DNA of 32,000 bases from Sinorhizobium meliloti (GCF_017876815.1 NZ_JAGIOS010000001.1:2730001-2762000), one strand, 5' to 3'; numbered from the stretch's first letter, positions 19,941-31,819 are shown. A program made the numbers and translations. The notes: generated by a model from the sequence alone, not told the origin.

Positions 19941-20156
19941 ATGATGATTCGATAGTTGCCCTGAGTAACGCGTGTTCTTCGGCACCTATTTTCACGGTGC
20001 CAGAGGCGCTTTACACATCCGAAAAGGGGTGCAGCGCTGCAGCGCGCCACAAATTTGCATGAATTGCCGATCATGACGTTGCGGTCTTGAGGTAACTTGC
20101 TCTAAAACGCGCAAGTCTGGCGCGATGCTAGGCGCTGAGTGAAACGGGAATATCCG

Positions 20157-21023
20157 ATGGTTCTTGCAGTTTCTGTCGACATAAGAAAATCAGCGCGCGT
20201 CGCCGCGGTCGTTCTTGCGGCTATCGCCGGCTCCAGTCTGATCACGGCCTGCCAGAACGATCCGGACATCGACATCACCAAGCTCACGGCCGAGACCGAT
20301 CCGCCGGACGTGCTCTACAACCAGGGCCTCGCAAACCTGAACGCCGGCAAGACGACGGAAGCGGCGCGGAAGTTCGAGGCGATCGACAAGCAGCATCCGT
20401 TCTCCGAATATGCCCGGAAAGCGCTGGTGATGAATGCATTCGTTGCCTATCGCAACGGCCAGTATCAGGACGCGATCAACTCGACCAACCGCTACCTGAA
20501 TCTTTATCCGCAGTCGGAAGACGCAGCCTACGCGCAATATATCCAGGGCCTCGCCTATACGAAGCAGATTCCGTCGGTGACGCAGGATCAAAGACCCGCG
20601 GCGAAGGCGATCGAGGCGATGCAGGTGGTCGTCGACAAGTATCCGGACTCCGAATATGTCGACGATGCGCAGGCAAAGATCCGCTTTGCACGCGACCAGC
20701 TCGCCGGCAAGGAGATGCAGGTCGGCCGCTATTATCTCGAGCGCAAAGAATATCTGGCAGCGATTTCGCGCTTCCGCACCGTCGTCGAGCGGTATCCGAC
20801 CACCAATCAGGTCGAGGAAGCGCTCGCCCGCCTCGTCGAAGCCTATTATGCGATGGGCGTGACCGGGGAAGCCCAGACGGCGGCAGCGGTTCTCGGGCAT
20901 AACTACCCCGACAGCCAATGGTATGCAGACTCCTACAAGCTGCTGCAATCCGGCGGGCTTGAGCCGCGCGAAACCGGCACGTCCTGGATCGCGCGGGCGG
21001 GAAAGAACCTCATCGGCGCGTGA
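20157..21023 (+). CDS. bamD: Outer-membrane protein assembly lipoprotein BamD (ComL/YfiO, TPR)
   Basis: Signal peptide with lipobox LITAC, TPR-like repeats, and the typical BamD core ([11 protein letters not shown]..., [16 protein letters not shown]). ATG 20157 has GGGAA upstream; GTG 20139 is the alternative. Confidence 0.88.
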   Translation: MVLAVSVDIRKSARVAAVVLAAIAGSSLITACQNDPDIDITKLTAETDPPDVLYNQGLANLNAGKTTEAARKFEAIDKQHPFSEYARKALVMNAFVAYRNGQYQDAINSTNRYLNLYPQSEDAAYAQYIQGLAYTKQIPSVTQDQRPAAKAIEAMQVVVDKYPDSEYVDDAQAKIRFARDQLAGKEMQVGRYYLERKEYLAAISRFRTVVERYPTTNQVEEALARLVEAYYAMGVTGEAQTAAAVLGHNYPDSQWYADSYKLLQSGGLEPRETGTSWIARAGKNLIGA

Positions 21024-21059
21024 TTTTCCCGGCGCCTGACAACGAAGATATGAAACCGG

Positions 21060-22733
21060 ATGCTCGCCCAGCTCGCGATCCGCGATATCGTCCTGATCGA
21101 ACGGCTTGACCTCAGCTTCGATGCCGGGCTTTCGGTGCTGACCGGCGAAACCGGCGCGGGCAAATCCATTCTTCTCGACAGTCTGTCGCTTGCGCTGGGC
21201 GGCCGCGGCGACGGTTCGCTCGTGCGCCACGGCGAGGACAGGGGCCAGGTTACCGCTGTCTTCGACGTCCCGGCCGGCCATACGGCGCGGCTCTTCCTGC
21301 GCGAGAACGGCATCGACGACGATGGCGATCTGATCTTCCGCCGCGTGCAATCGGCCGACGGCCGCACCAAGGCGTTCATCAACGACCAGCCGGTGAGCGT
21401 TCAGCTGATGCGGCAGGTCGGCCAGACGCTCGTTGAAATTCACGGCCAGCACGACGATCGGGCGCTTGTCGATACCGACGCGCACCGCACGCTGCTCGAT
21501 GCTTTCGGCGGCACCACCGAAGCTGCGGAAGACGTCGCGGCCTTCTATCGCGCCTGGAAGGATGCCGAGCGCTGTCTGAAGAAACACCGCGAGAAGGTGG
21601 AGGCAGCAGCCCGCGAGGCGGACTATCTGCGTTCCTCCGTCGAGGAACTCGAGACGCTTTCGCCACGCGACGGCGAAGAGGAGGAACTCGCCGAGAACCG
21701 GGCCCGAATGATGAAGGCCGAGCGCATTGCCGGGGACATCAGCGAGGCATCCGAGTTTCTGAACGGCAACGCCTCGCCGGTACCGCTCATCGCGTCGCTC
21801 GTCCGGCGGCTCGAACGCAAGAGCCATGAGGCACCCGGCCTGCTCGAAGAGACAGTCGAGCTTCTGGACGGGGCGCTGAACCAGCTTGCGGATGCCCAGA
21901 TGGCGGTCGAGCGCGCGCTCCGCGACACCGAATTCGATCCGAAGGAGCTAGAGCGCGTCGAGGAGCGGCTTTTTGCTCTGCGCGCCGCGAGCCGCAAATA
22001 TTCAGTTCCCGTCACCGAACTGCCGGCACTTGCCGCGCGGATGATCGCAGATCTTGCCGATCTCGACGCCGGCGAAGAGAAGCTGAAGCAACTGGAAATA
22101 CAGGTCGCCGAAGCCAGGGCGGCCTTCGACGTTGCGGCCCGCTCACTTTCCGAGAAGCGCCACAATACGGCTGCTGCACTTTCGGCCGCCGTCATGGAAG
22201 AACTGCCTGCGCTGAAGCTCGAACGCGCCCGTTTCATGGTCGAGGTGACGAGCGACCCGGGATCGCCGACGGCCGACGGGATCGATGCGGTCGAGTTCCA
22301 CGTCCAGACCAATCCCGGCACCAGGCCGGGACCGATCATGAAGGTCGCTTCGGGTGGCGAGCTCTCCCGCTTCCTGCTCGCGCTGAAAGTGGCGCTCGCC
22401 GATCGCGGTTCGGCGCCGACGCTCGTCTTCGACGAGATCGATACCGGCGTCGGTGGCGCCGTGGCGGATGCGATCGGCCAGCGCTTGAAGCGGCTTTCGA
22501 AAACCGTGCAGGTGCTTTCCGTCACCCATGCGCCGCAGGTTGCTGCGCGGGCGGCGACGCATCTCCTGATTTCGAAGGGGCCTTCCGCGGAAAAGACCGA
22601 GATGATCGCGACCCGCGTCGCCCGCATGGACGAAGCGGCACGCACGGAAGAGATCGCCCGCATGCTCGCCGGCGCCTCGATTACCGAGGAGGCGAGGGCC
22701 GCAGCCGCGCGATTGCTCGCCGGCAACGGTTGA
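21060..22733 (+). CDS. recN: DNA repair protein RecN (SMC-like ATPase)
   Basis: Walker A motif GETGAGKS, long coiled-coil middle region, C-terminal signature (ASGGELSR) and Walker B (LVFDEID). Confidence 0.95.
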   Translation: MLAQLAIRDIVLIERLDLSFDAGLSVLTGETGAGKSILLDSLSLALGGRGDGSLVRHGEDRGQVTAVFDVPAGHTARLFLRENGIDDDGDLIFRRVQSADGRTKAFINDQPVSVQLMRQVGQTLVEIHGQHDDRALVDTDAHRTLLDAFGGTTEAAEDVAAFYRAWKDAERCLKKHREKVEAAAREADYLRSSVEELETLSPRDGEEEELAENRARMMKAERIAGDISEASEFLNGNASPVPLIASLVRRLERKSHEAPGLLEETVELLDGALNQLADAQMAVERALRDTEFDPKELERVEERLFALRAASRKYSVPVTELPALAARMIADLADLDAGEEKLKQLEIQVAEARAAFDVAARSLSEKRHNTAAALSAAVMEELPALKLERARFMVEVTSDPGSPTADGIDAVEFHVQTNPGTRPGPIMKVASGGELSRFLLALKVALADRGSAPTLVFDEIDTGVGGAVADAIGQRLKRLSKTVQVLSVTHAPQVAARAATHLLISKGPSAEKTEMIATRVARMDEAARTEEIARMLAGASITEEARAAAARLLAGNG

Positions 22734-22763
22734 ATAGCCCTCACGTTCCTTCGCGTCGGTTAC

Positions 22764-24985
<2,222 letters not shown>

Positions 24986-24996
24986 AGCGTTCACTT

Positions 24997-25155
24997 GCCC
25001 CTCATCCGCCTGCCGGCACCTTCTCCCCGCAAGCGGGGCGAAGGGGACTCGCGGTGATGCTCCGCTTCTCGGGCGCTCAAGGAGAAATGGCGATCCAGCA
25101 GCTTGTCCCTTCTCCCCGCCTGCGGGGAGAAGGTGGCGGCAGCCGGTTGAGGGGC
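24997..25155. repeat. MITE/RIME-like element: two roughly 49-bp inverted arms around a roughly 61-bp spacer
   Basis: Left arm is GCCCCTCATCCGCCTGCCGGCACCTTCTCCCCGCAAGCGGGGCGAAGGG (24997-25045). The right arm (25107-25155) is its reverse complement with 5 mismatches. Each arm also contains its own hairpin, CTTCTCCCCGC..GCGGGG(A/C)GAAG. Confidence 0.8.
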
Positions 25156-25167
25156 ATCCCGTGTGAC

Positions 25168-25274
25168 CCGTTACAGCGGCGCGCGTCTTATCAGACGCGC
25201 AAAGGTCGCTGTAGCACTTTGATCTGCTGCATGTTTTTGTCCTTTAATCGGATACGATTAAAGGAAACATGCAG
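25168..25274 (-). repeat. Bipartite palindromic intergenic repeat, copy C (best-preserved, full length)
   Basis: TTACAGCGGCGCGCGTCT-TATC-AGACGCGCAAAGGTCGCTGTAGCACTTTGATCTG, then CTGCATGTTT-TTGT-CCTTTAATCG-GATA-CGATTAAAGG-AAACATGCAG (10 + 10 bp stems). Confidence 0.85.
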
Positions 25275-25286
25275 TAGTTTAGATCG

Positions 25287-25691
25287 TCACGCCTGCTGCT
25301 GTGCCGACATGTCCATCCACATGAACTCCCAGACGTGGCCGTCCAGGTCCTGGAAGCTGATGCCGTACATGAAGCCGTAGTCGATTGCCGGCTTCCATGG
25401 CTTGCCGCCCGCGGCAATAGCCTTGTCGAACATGTCGTCGCATTCGGCACGGCTCGCGGCGGAGAGCGCAGTGATGACCTCGGTGCCCTTGGCCGTGTCG
25501 CTGATCTCGCCGACTATGAAGCTACGGAATTTCGGCTCGGTCAGAAGCATGGCGAAGATATTGTCGTCGATGACCATGCAGGCGGCGGTCTCGTCGGAAA
25601 ACTGCTCGTTGAATGTGAAGCCCAGAGCGGAGAAGAAGGACCGGGAGGCTTTCAGATCCTTGACCGGCAGGTTGACGAAAATCATGCGCAT
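25287..25691 (-). CDS. Small VOC (glyoxalase/bleomycin-resistance/dioxygenase fold) family protein, function unknown
   Basis: About 134 aa, MRMIFVNLPVKDLKASRSFFSALGFTF... with the typical VOC beta-alpha-beta-beta-beta N-terminus. AAGGAG lies 7 nt upstream of ATG 25691; the longer ORF to 25781 has no SD. Confidence 0.8.
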   Translation of the reverse strand: MRMIFVNLPVKDLKASRSFFSALGFTFNEQFSDETAACMVIDDNIFAMLLTEPKFRSFIVGEISDTAKGTEVITALSAASRAECDDMFDKAIAAGGKPWKPAIDYGFMYGISFQDLDGHVWEFMWMDMSAQQQA

Positions 25692-25911
25692 GGGGTGCTC
25701 CTTGTTGAAGATGGGATGAGCCAAGGACGAAGACATGTGCCGCATGCCGACAGGTCTCGCCGAATTTTGTCGCCCGCTCATAGTCGACTACGTCTGATGC
25801 GCCGATCAGGTGCGGCGCTTCGAATTTGAGCCCATTTCCGTTTGTATTTTTGCGCTGCACAAGATAGAGCTTGCAGCCAAAATTTGTGCAATTGCCTTTT
25901 CGCGGGGCTGG

Positions 25912-25972
25912 CGCCCGCAGCCGCGCGTCTTATCGAACGCGCAACTGTCGCTGTAGCATTTTGACGATGCAG
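25912..25972 (-). repeat. Bipartite repeat, copy D (module 2 only, truncated)
   Basis: CGCAGCCGCGCGTCTTATCGAACGCGCAACTGTCGCTGTAGCATTTTGACGATGCAG is collinear with 25171-25233. There is no second hairpin module. Confidence 0.7.
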
Positions 25973-26029
25973 GAGCCATATCAGCGAAGCGGGGCGTGTC
26001 CAACGTCCCGGCGGATTGGAGGGTCCGGA

Positions 26030-26905
26030 ATGAGAACCATCAGCACCATCGCCGATCTGCGAGAGGCCCTTGCCGAGCATCGGCGCGCGGGCAGATCCAT
26101 CGGATTGGTCCCCACCATGGGCTATCTTCATGTCGGCCATATGGAGCTCGTGCGCCGCGCCGGCAGCGAGAACGACGTGGTCGTCGCCAGCATATTCGTC
26201 AATCCGCTGCAGTTCGGCGCGAATGAGGATCTTGGCAAATATCCGCGCGACCTCGCCCGCGATCAGGCGCTGCTGACCGATGGCGGCGTCGATTTCCTTT
26301 TTGCCCCCGGCGTTTCCGACATGTATCCGCGCCCGATGGAAACGGTGGTCGACGTGCCGAAGCTCGGCTCCGAACTCGAAGGCGCAGTGAGGCCCGGCCA
26401 TTTTGCAGGCGTCGCGACGGTCGTGACCAAGCTCTTCAACATCGTCCAGCCGGACCGCGCCTATTTCGGCGAAAAGGATTTCCAGCAGCTCCAGATCATC
26501 CGGCGCATGGTCGAGGATCTGGCGCAGCCGGTTACGGTCATCGGCGTACCGACGGTGCGCGAGGAGGACGGGCTCGCCTGTTCGTCGCGCAACGTCTATC
26601 TGACGACGCAAGAGCGGCGTGCAGCCGCGATCGTGCCGAAGGCGCTGGACGAGGCCGAGCGGCTGATCGCAAGCGGCGTCACCGAACCGGCCGAGGTCGA
26701 GAAGCGTGTCTTGGAATTTCTCGCCGGCGAGCCGCTGGCCCGGCCGGAAGTGGTGGCGCTGCGCGACCCGGAAACGCTTGGGCCGGTCAGCGAGATCGAA
26801 GAAAAGCCGGTCCTGCTCCTGCTCTTCGTCCGCTTCGGCACCACGAAGCTGCTCGACAACCGCGTGATTGCCCCGAAATCCGCCCGTTTTGCAAAGGTAG
26901 CCTGA
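26030..26905 (+). CDS. panC: Pantoate--beta-alanine ligase (pantothenate synthetase)
   Basis: [10 protein letters not shown] (HIGH-type) motif. ATG 26030 follows GGAGGG with a 7-nt spacer. The upstream part of the 25871 ORF runs through repeat D. Confidence 0.94.
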
Positions 26906-26907
26906 GA

Positions 26908-27729
26908 ATGAGCGTCCAGACCACGAAACGGCGGCTCAGCCCCGCCAGCATCGAAGCCCTGAAGGGTGAGCGCCCGATCGTCAGCCTGACGGCCTATACG
27001 ACGCCGATCGCACGGCTTCTCGATCCTCACGTGGATTTCCTCCTTGTCGGCGATTCGCTCGGCATGGTGCTCTACGGCCTCGATACGACCGTCGGCGTCA
27101 CGCTCGACATGATGATTGCGCATGGCCAGGCGGTCATGCGCGGTTCGGAGCGCTGTTGCGTCGTCGTCGATCTTCCTTTCGGCGCCTATCAGGAATCCAA
27201 GGAGCAGGCCTTCCGCAGTGCCGCGCGCATTCTGAAGGAAACGGGCTGCAGCGCAGTGAAGCTCGAGGGCGGTGCCGAGATGGCCGAGACGGTCGAATTC
27301 CTTGTCAGCCGTGGCATTCCGGTGCTCGGCCATGTGGGCTTGATGCCGCAGCTCGTCAACACGACGGGGGGCTACCGCTCGGTCGGGCGCAACGAGAAGG
27401 AGGTGGCCAAGATCCGCCGCGACGCCAAGGCGATCGACGATGCCGGCGCTTTCGCCATCGTGGTCGAGGGAACGGTGGAGCCGGTCGCCCGAGAGATCAC
27501 TGCCACGCTGCGCGCGCCGACCATCGGCATCGGTGCTTCGCCGGCCTGCGACGGCCAGATACTGGTATCGGACGACATGCTCGGTCTTTTCAACGATTTC
27601 AAGCCGCGCTTCGTCAAGCATTTCGCCGAGTTGGCACCGACGATCTCAAAGGCGGCGGAGGCCTATGCCAATGAGGTGAAGGCGCGCAGCTTTCCGGGCA
27701 TAGAGCACACGTTTCAAGTAAAGCGCTGA
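26908..27729 (+). CDS. panB: 3-methyl-2-oxobutanoate hydroxymethyltransferase
   Basis: LVGDSLGMV motif and TIM-barrel KPHMT family. Starts 2 nt after the panC stop. Confidence 0.95.
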
Positions 27730-27737
27730 CGTGTCGG

Positions 27738-27767
27738 GGCGGGCGTGTTCTTTGCGTCCGCCTTCTT
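27738..27767 (+). terminator. Probable intrinsic terminator after panB
   Basis: GGCGGGCG-TGTTCTTTG-CGTCCGCC, an 8-bp stem including one G-U pair that only works on the plus strand, followed by TTCTTAT. Confidence 0.5.
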
Positions 27768-27933
27768 ATGGTAGGCCGACCGAGCACCAGGTCTCGTGTG
27801 CTCGTTCGGGAATGACGCGCGTCCAACCATCAGAAAATTCAATCGCCGCATCAGAGTAATTGAATTGTCGCGATCTGCGGCAGCCCCTATCTGTCCGGCA
27901 TGCTCGTTACGGGCGGCCCCGCAGGAGAATTTC

Positions 27934-28650
27934 ATGAGCAGAGGCGATTTCCGGGAAGGGCTGCGCGGCGGCTTTCCGATCATGCTGGCGGCGTCGCCCT
28001 TCGGAGCGCTTTTCGGCGCGCTTGCGGTGGATAACGGGTTTTCGATTGCCGATGCGGTATTCATGAGCGCCACCGTCTATGCGGGTGCAAGCCAGATGGT
28101 CGGCATCGAACTCTTCGGAAGCAACGTGCAGCCCTGGCTGGTGGTGCTCTCGGTCTTTGCGGTCAACTTCCGCCACGTGCTCTATTCCGCTTCTCTCGCC
28201 AAGCACATCCGCCATTTCAGCTTCGTTCAAAAGCTGATCGCATTTTTCCTGCTCGTGGACCCGCAATATGCGGAGACCGAACAGCGCGGCCAGCGCGGAT
28301 TGCCGGTCACCTTCGCCTGGTATGCGGGCTTCGGCGTCGTGATCTATGTTCCATGGCTCATCAATACGCTGATCGGTGCGATCTTCGGGCAGTTGATCGG
28401 CGATCCCAAGGCGATCGGCCTCGACGTGCTCCTCCCGATCTACTTTCTGGGGCTCGTGATGAGCTTCCGCACGCGCGACCGCTTTCTGCCGATCGTGGCC
28501 GTGAGCGCCGTCGCTTCCGTCGCTGCGATGCATTTCGTCGGCTCCCCCTGGCATGTCAGCATCGGCGCGCTTGCCGGCGTCCTGCTTGCGGCCTGTCTGC
28601 CGCCGAAGCGACCGGCGACCGAAACCCACGCCGTGGAAAAGGAGGCCTGA
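27934..28650 (+). CDS. azlC: AzlC-family branched-chain amino acid exporter subunit
   Basis: Multi-TM AzlC-like protein (GFPIMLAASPFGALFGALAV...). ATG 27934 is preceded by GGAGA with a 5-nt spacer. Paired with a downstream azlD-like gene. Confidence 0.85.
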   Translation: MSRGDFREGLRGGFPIMLAASPFGALFGALAVDNGFSIADAVFMSATVYAGASQMVGIELFGSNVQPWLVVLSVFAVNFRHVLYSASLAKHIRHFSFVQKLIAFFLLVDPQYAETEQRGQRGLPVTFAWYAGFGVVIYVPWLINTLIGAIFGQLIGDPKAIGLDVLLPIYFLGLVMSFRTRDRFLPIVAVSAVASVAAMHFVGSPWHVSIGALAGVLLAACLPPKRPATETHAVEKEA

Positions 28651-28653
28651 TCC

Positions 28654-28962
28654 TTGGACGCGCAACACCTCGATCTGCTCTATCTCATCGTCGCGGCGGC
28701 GGTCGCCACTTATGTCACGCGCTTCGGCGGCTACGTGCTTATCACGCAGTTGAAGAACATACCTCCGCGCGTCGAGTCTGCGTTGAACGCAGTCCCGGCG
28801 GCTGTACTGACAACGCTGGTGGCGCCCGCCTTCGTCTATGGTGGCATGGACGTCGCCGCAGCGATGCTCGTCGCCTTCGTCGTCGGGCTGCGCTTTTCGA
28901 CGCTTCGGATGCTGCTCGTGGGCTGGATCGCGGTCATGGCGATCCGGCACCTGATCATGTAG
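28654..28962 (+). CDS. azlD: AzlD-family small membrane protein
   Basis: 102 aa, 3-4 TM segments. TTG start at 28654 with AAGGAGG 8 nt upstream. Lies 3 nt after the azlC stop. Confidence 0.8.
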   Translation: MDAQHLDLLYLIVAAAVATYVTRFGGYVLITQLKNIPPRVESALNAVPAAVLTTLVAPAFVYGGMDVAAAMLVAFVVGLRFSTLRMLLVGWIAVMAIRHLIM

Positions 28963-29078
28963 GTTCCCGCCCGCCTCAGCATGGGTCCGGCCGCTCGGAT
29001 TGGCGCCAGGCCGGTTCTGGACTATCATCTTCTCGTTGCCGGGGAGGCAGCCGCCCCCCGGCCCACGGAGGAGCGACC

Positions 29079-29318
29079 ATGATTACCAGAATTTCCGTTG
29101 CGCTGTTTCTCGCGCTTGCGCCTGTTACCGCGTTTGCCAACCAGTGCCCCGCCATGATGCAGGCGATCGATGCGGCCATGCCCAACGCATCATTGTCCGA
29201 GGCCGACATGGCCAAGGTGAAACAGTTGCGCCAGCAGGGCGAAGACTTGCACAAGGCTGGCGACCATGCGGGCTCGGAAGCAGCGCTCGGCCAAGCCAAG
29301 ACGATGCTTGGGATCTGA
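29079..29318 (+). CDS. 79-aa predicted secreted/periplasmic protein of unknown function
   Basis: GGAGGAG SD 5 nt upstream of ATG 29079. Sec-type signal peptide MITRISVALFLALAPVTAFA|NQ. The mature part is helical and charged, with a single Cys. Confidence 0.65.
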   Translation: MITRISVALFLALAPVTAFANQCPAMMQAIDAAMPNASLSEADMAKVKQLRQQGEDLHKAGDHAGSEAALGQAKTMLGI

Positions 29319-29505
29319 CCGGGAAGGGGCCTGCGCTCCATTCAGACTATTGTCGGATTAAGGCTGCGATTCAGTAAAATTCGCGGGTTACGCGAGAGCG
29401 TCGCCGCAAATATAACCATGCTGTTGGTTGAGAAATCGACCCTCCCAACGGAGGCCCGGCGGTACCCCAGCCCCAGCCCACACCGCCGGGCCGCCCGTTC
29501 CGACC

Positions 29506-31341
29506 CTATCGCACGATTGCTTCCGTAGCACTGGCCAGCCAGTCTCTCGTTTCCGTGCCCGACAGCAGCGGCATCAGCTTTTCCAGCGTTTCCGCGTGGT
29601 AGGCGTTCAGCCAGTCAAGCTCGTCGTCGGTCAGCAGGGCGGGAAGGACGAGCCGGCGATCGATCGGGCAGAAGGTCAGCGTGTCGAAGCCGAGCATAGG
29701 CTGGTCGCCGCCCTCGATCTCCTCCGGCTCGCGCACGACGACGAGATTCTCGATGCGGATGCCGAAGGCGCCGGGGCGATAGTAACCGGGTTCGTTGGAA
29801 AGGATCATGCCGGGCAGCAATTCCTGCGTGGCAAGCCGGGCAATGCGCTGCGGTCCTTCGTGGACCGAGAGATAGGAGCCGACACCGTGGCCGGTCCCGT
29901 GCGCATAATCGGCGCCCGCCTTCCATAGCGCGATCCGGGCGAGCGGATCGAGGTCGACGCCGCGTGACCCCTTCGGGAAGCGCGCCGTGCTGATTGCGAT
30001 CATGCCCTTGAGCACGAGCGTGAAGAACCGCTTCTGTTCTTCCGGCACCGCGCCGATCGCGACCGTGCGGGTGATGTCGGTCGTACCGTTGATGTATTGC
30101 GCGCCGGAGTCGATCAGGAACATGGTACCGGCCTCGATCCGCCGGTCGGTTTCGTTCGTGACCCGATAATGCATGATCGCGGCATGCGAACCGGCGCCGG
30201 CGATCGTGTCGAAAGAAACGTCCTTCAGGGGGTTCTGCATGCGCTCGCCGACGGCCGCGCGCGTCGCCTCCAATTGCCTGGTTGCGCCGATTTCGGTGAC
30301 GCTGCCGGGCTCCCTCCCGTCCAGCCAGGCGAGGAACTCGACCATCGCCGCACCATCCTGCAGGTGCGCCCGGGTCGATCCGGCGATCTCGGCTGCATTC
30401 TTGCAGGCGCGGGGCAGGCGGGCGGGATCGACCGCCTCGACCACCGAACCTTCCTTCCTGCGAATCAGCTCGCCGATCGCGAAGGGGGCGAGATCCGGAT
30501 CGATCATGATGGCTGCGCCGGTTGAGGCGAGGGCGGCGAGCCGATCGTCGAAGCTCGCGGGCGCCATTATGTCGGCGAGCTGGGTCAGGTAGGCTTCCTG
30601 CTCGATGCCGGTCTTGCGTTTGTCGAGGAAAAGCTCGGCGCTGCCGTCCGCATGGATGATGGCGCGCGCCAGCGGGTGCGGCGTGTGCGGCACGTCACTG
30701 CCACGGATGTTGAAGGTCCAGGCGACGGAGGAGGGATCCGTGAGAACGACGGCGGCGGCCTTCGCCTTTGCCACGCCCGCCGCGATCTCCGCGATCTTGT
30801 CTTTCGCCAATTGCCCCGCATGCTCGACCGGCTGGATCGTCACCGGGCCGAGCGGCGTTGCGGGACGGTCGGTCCAGAGCCGGTCGAGCGGATTGTGGTC
30901 GAGAAGGACGACACTGCCGCCGATCGCGGCAAGCGCCTTTTCGAGCCGGCGAACTTCCGCCGCGGTGTGTAGCCAAGGATCGATGCCGAGGCGGAAGCCC
31001 TTGGGTCCATGGCGCTCCAGCCAGACATGCGGCGGTTCGCCGATGAGATCGCCGCCGGTGAAGACGCTGCCGTCCACCTGCTCCTTGAGCTGGGTTACAT
31101 AACGGCCGTCGACGAAGACGATCGCTTCGCGCTGGGTCACGAGCGCTACCCCGGCCGAACCGGTAAAGCCCGTCAGCCACGACAGCCGCTCGGAACTGCG
31201 GGGCACATATTCCCCTTGAAATTCGTCGGCACGCGGCACGAGGAAGCCATCGACGCCCAAGGTTGCGAGGGCGGCACGCAGGGCGGTGGTTCTCTCCTTG
31301 CCGAACTGGGGCGTGGAGGTGACTTCGAAGGATTGGAACAT
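29506..31341 (-). CDS. Xaa-Pro aminopeptidase (aminopeptidase P family, peptidase M24B, long form)
   Basis: 611 aa. The C-terminal pita-bread domain carries the metal-ligand motifs HGTGHGVG and SNEPGYY, and a creatinase/prolidase-type N-terminal domain is present. GGGAAAG lies before ATG 31341. Confidence 0.9.
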   Translation of the reverse strand: MFQSFEVTSTPQFGKERTTALRAALATLGVDGFLVPRADEFQGEYVPRSSERLSWLTGFTGSAGVALVTQREAIVFVDGRYVTQLKEQVDGSVFTGGDLIGEPPHVWLERHGPKGFRLGIDPWLHTAAEVRRLEKALAAIGGSVVLLDHNPLDRLWTDRPATPLGPVTIQPVEHAGQLAKDKIAEIAAGVAKAKAAAVVLTDPSSVAWTFNIRGSDVPHTPHPLARAIIHADGSAELFLDKRKTGIEQEAYLTQLADIMAPASFDDRLAALASTGAAIMIDPDLAPFAIGELIRRKEGSVVEAVDPARLPRACKNAAEIAGSTRAHLQDGAAMVEFLAWLDGREPGSVTEIGATRQLEATRAAVGERMQNPLKDVSFDTIAGAGSHAAIMHYRVTNETDRRIEAGTMFLIDSGAQYINGTTDITRTVAIGAVPEEQKRFFTLVLKGMIAISTARFPKGSRGVDLDPLARIALWKAGADYAHGTGHGVGSYLSVHEGPQRIARLATQELLPGMILSNEPGYYRPGAFGIRIENLVVVREPEEIEGGDQPMLGFDTLTFCPIDRRLVLPALLTDDELDWLNAYHAETLEKLMPLLSGTETRDWLASATEAIVR

Positions 31342-31671
31342 GGACTTTCCCGGTAAGCTTGGCGGAGACCGCAGGTGAGATGGGCATGTTAATGCATCTC
31401 TTCCAAAAGTGGAGCAGCGGTTTTGGAATAACGACCTGCATAAAGTAACAACTTAAACTCGTTCGCGCAGGGGGGAGACGAGATTCGCCCATGAACAGCG
31501 TGTACCTCGGGTGGTGCAGGACGCGCATTTGCCCATTTGTCATACATATGCACGCGGCGCATGGCACCCATGCCGGAATGTATCTTTCTCTATCGGAATT
31601 ATGGTTTATAAGCCCGCTCAACGAACACGGACGAACGTCCGCCGGTTCAAAAGACTGCAGTTCCGAGAATA

Positions 31672-31815
31672 GTTGGTCATCTGTTCTCCTCCTCCCTCAG
31701 GGTGGCCAGCTTCGGAACGGTAGAGCCCGCTTGAGCGCTCCTCCTCCTCAAGCTCGCGGGTATGGTCGGCCAAAAGCCGGTCAGCAGGCGATGCTTCGGC
31801 ATCGCCTTTGTTTCG
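31672..31815 (+). ncRNA. Candidate trans-acting sRNA with anti-SD loops (resembles the alpha-rhizobial ar14/'cuckoo' type); the 5' end is not determined and may lie near 31615-31660
   Basis: HP1 (31672-31710) has a 12-bp stem with 3 G-U pairs and loop UUCUCCUCCUCCCU. HP2 (31726-31760) has loop GCUCCUCCUCCUCAA. HP3 (31764-31782) includes 2 G-U pairs. Terminator: AGGCGAUGC-UUCG-GCAUCGCCU plus UUGUUUCG (31786-31815). Confidence 0.6.
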
Positions 31816-31819
31816 AGAA

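Noticed and set aside
20990-21059. Search for an alphaproteobacterial LexA box (GTTC-N7-GTTC / GAAC-N7-GAAC) upstream of recN.
   Set aside because: Only partial half-sites were seen (GAACCTCATCGGCGC and ACAACGAAGATATGAAAC), and none has both tetramers. No SOS box can be supported by eye. One may lie further upstream or differ from the consensus.
29453-29492. Perfect 10-bp inverted repeat GGCCCGGCGG...CCGCCGGGCC with a 20-nt loop, between the 79-aa ORF and the aminopeptidase stop, considered as a terminator.
   Set aside because: The loop is large and there is no adjacent T- or A-tract on either side, so it cannot be called an intrinsic terminator. It is noted only as a GC-rich dyad.
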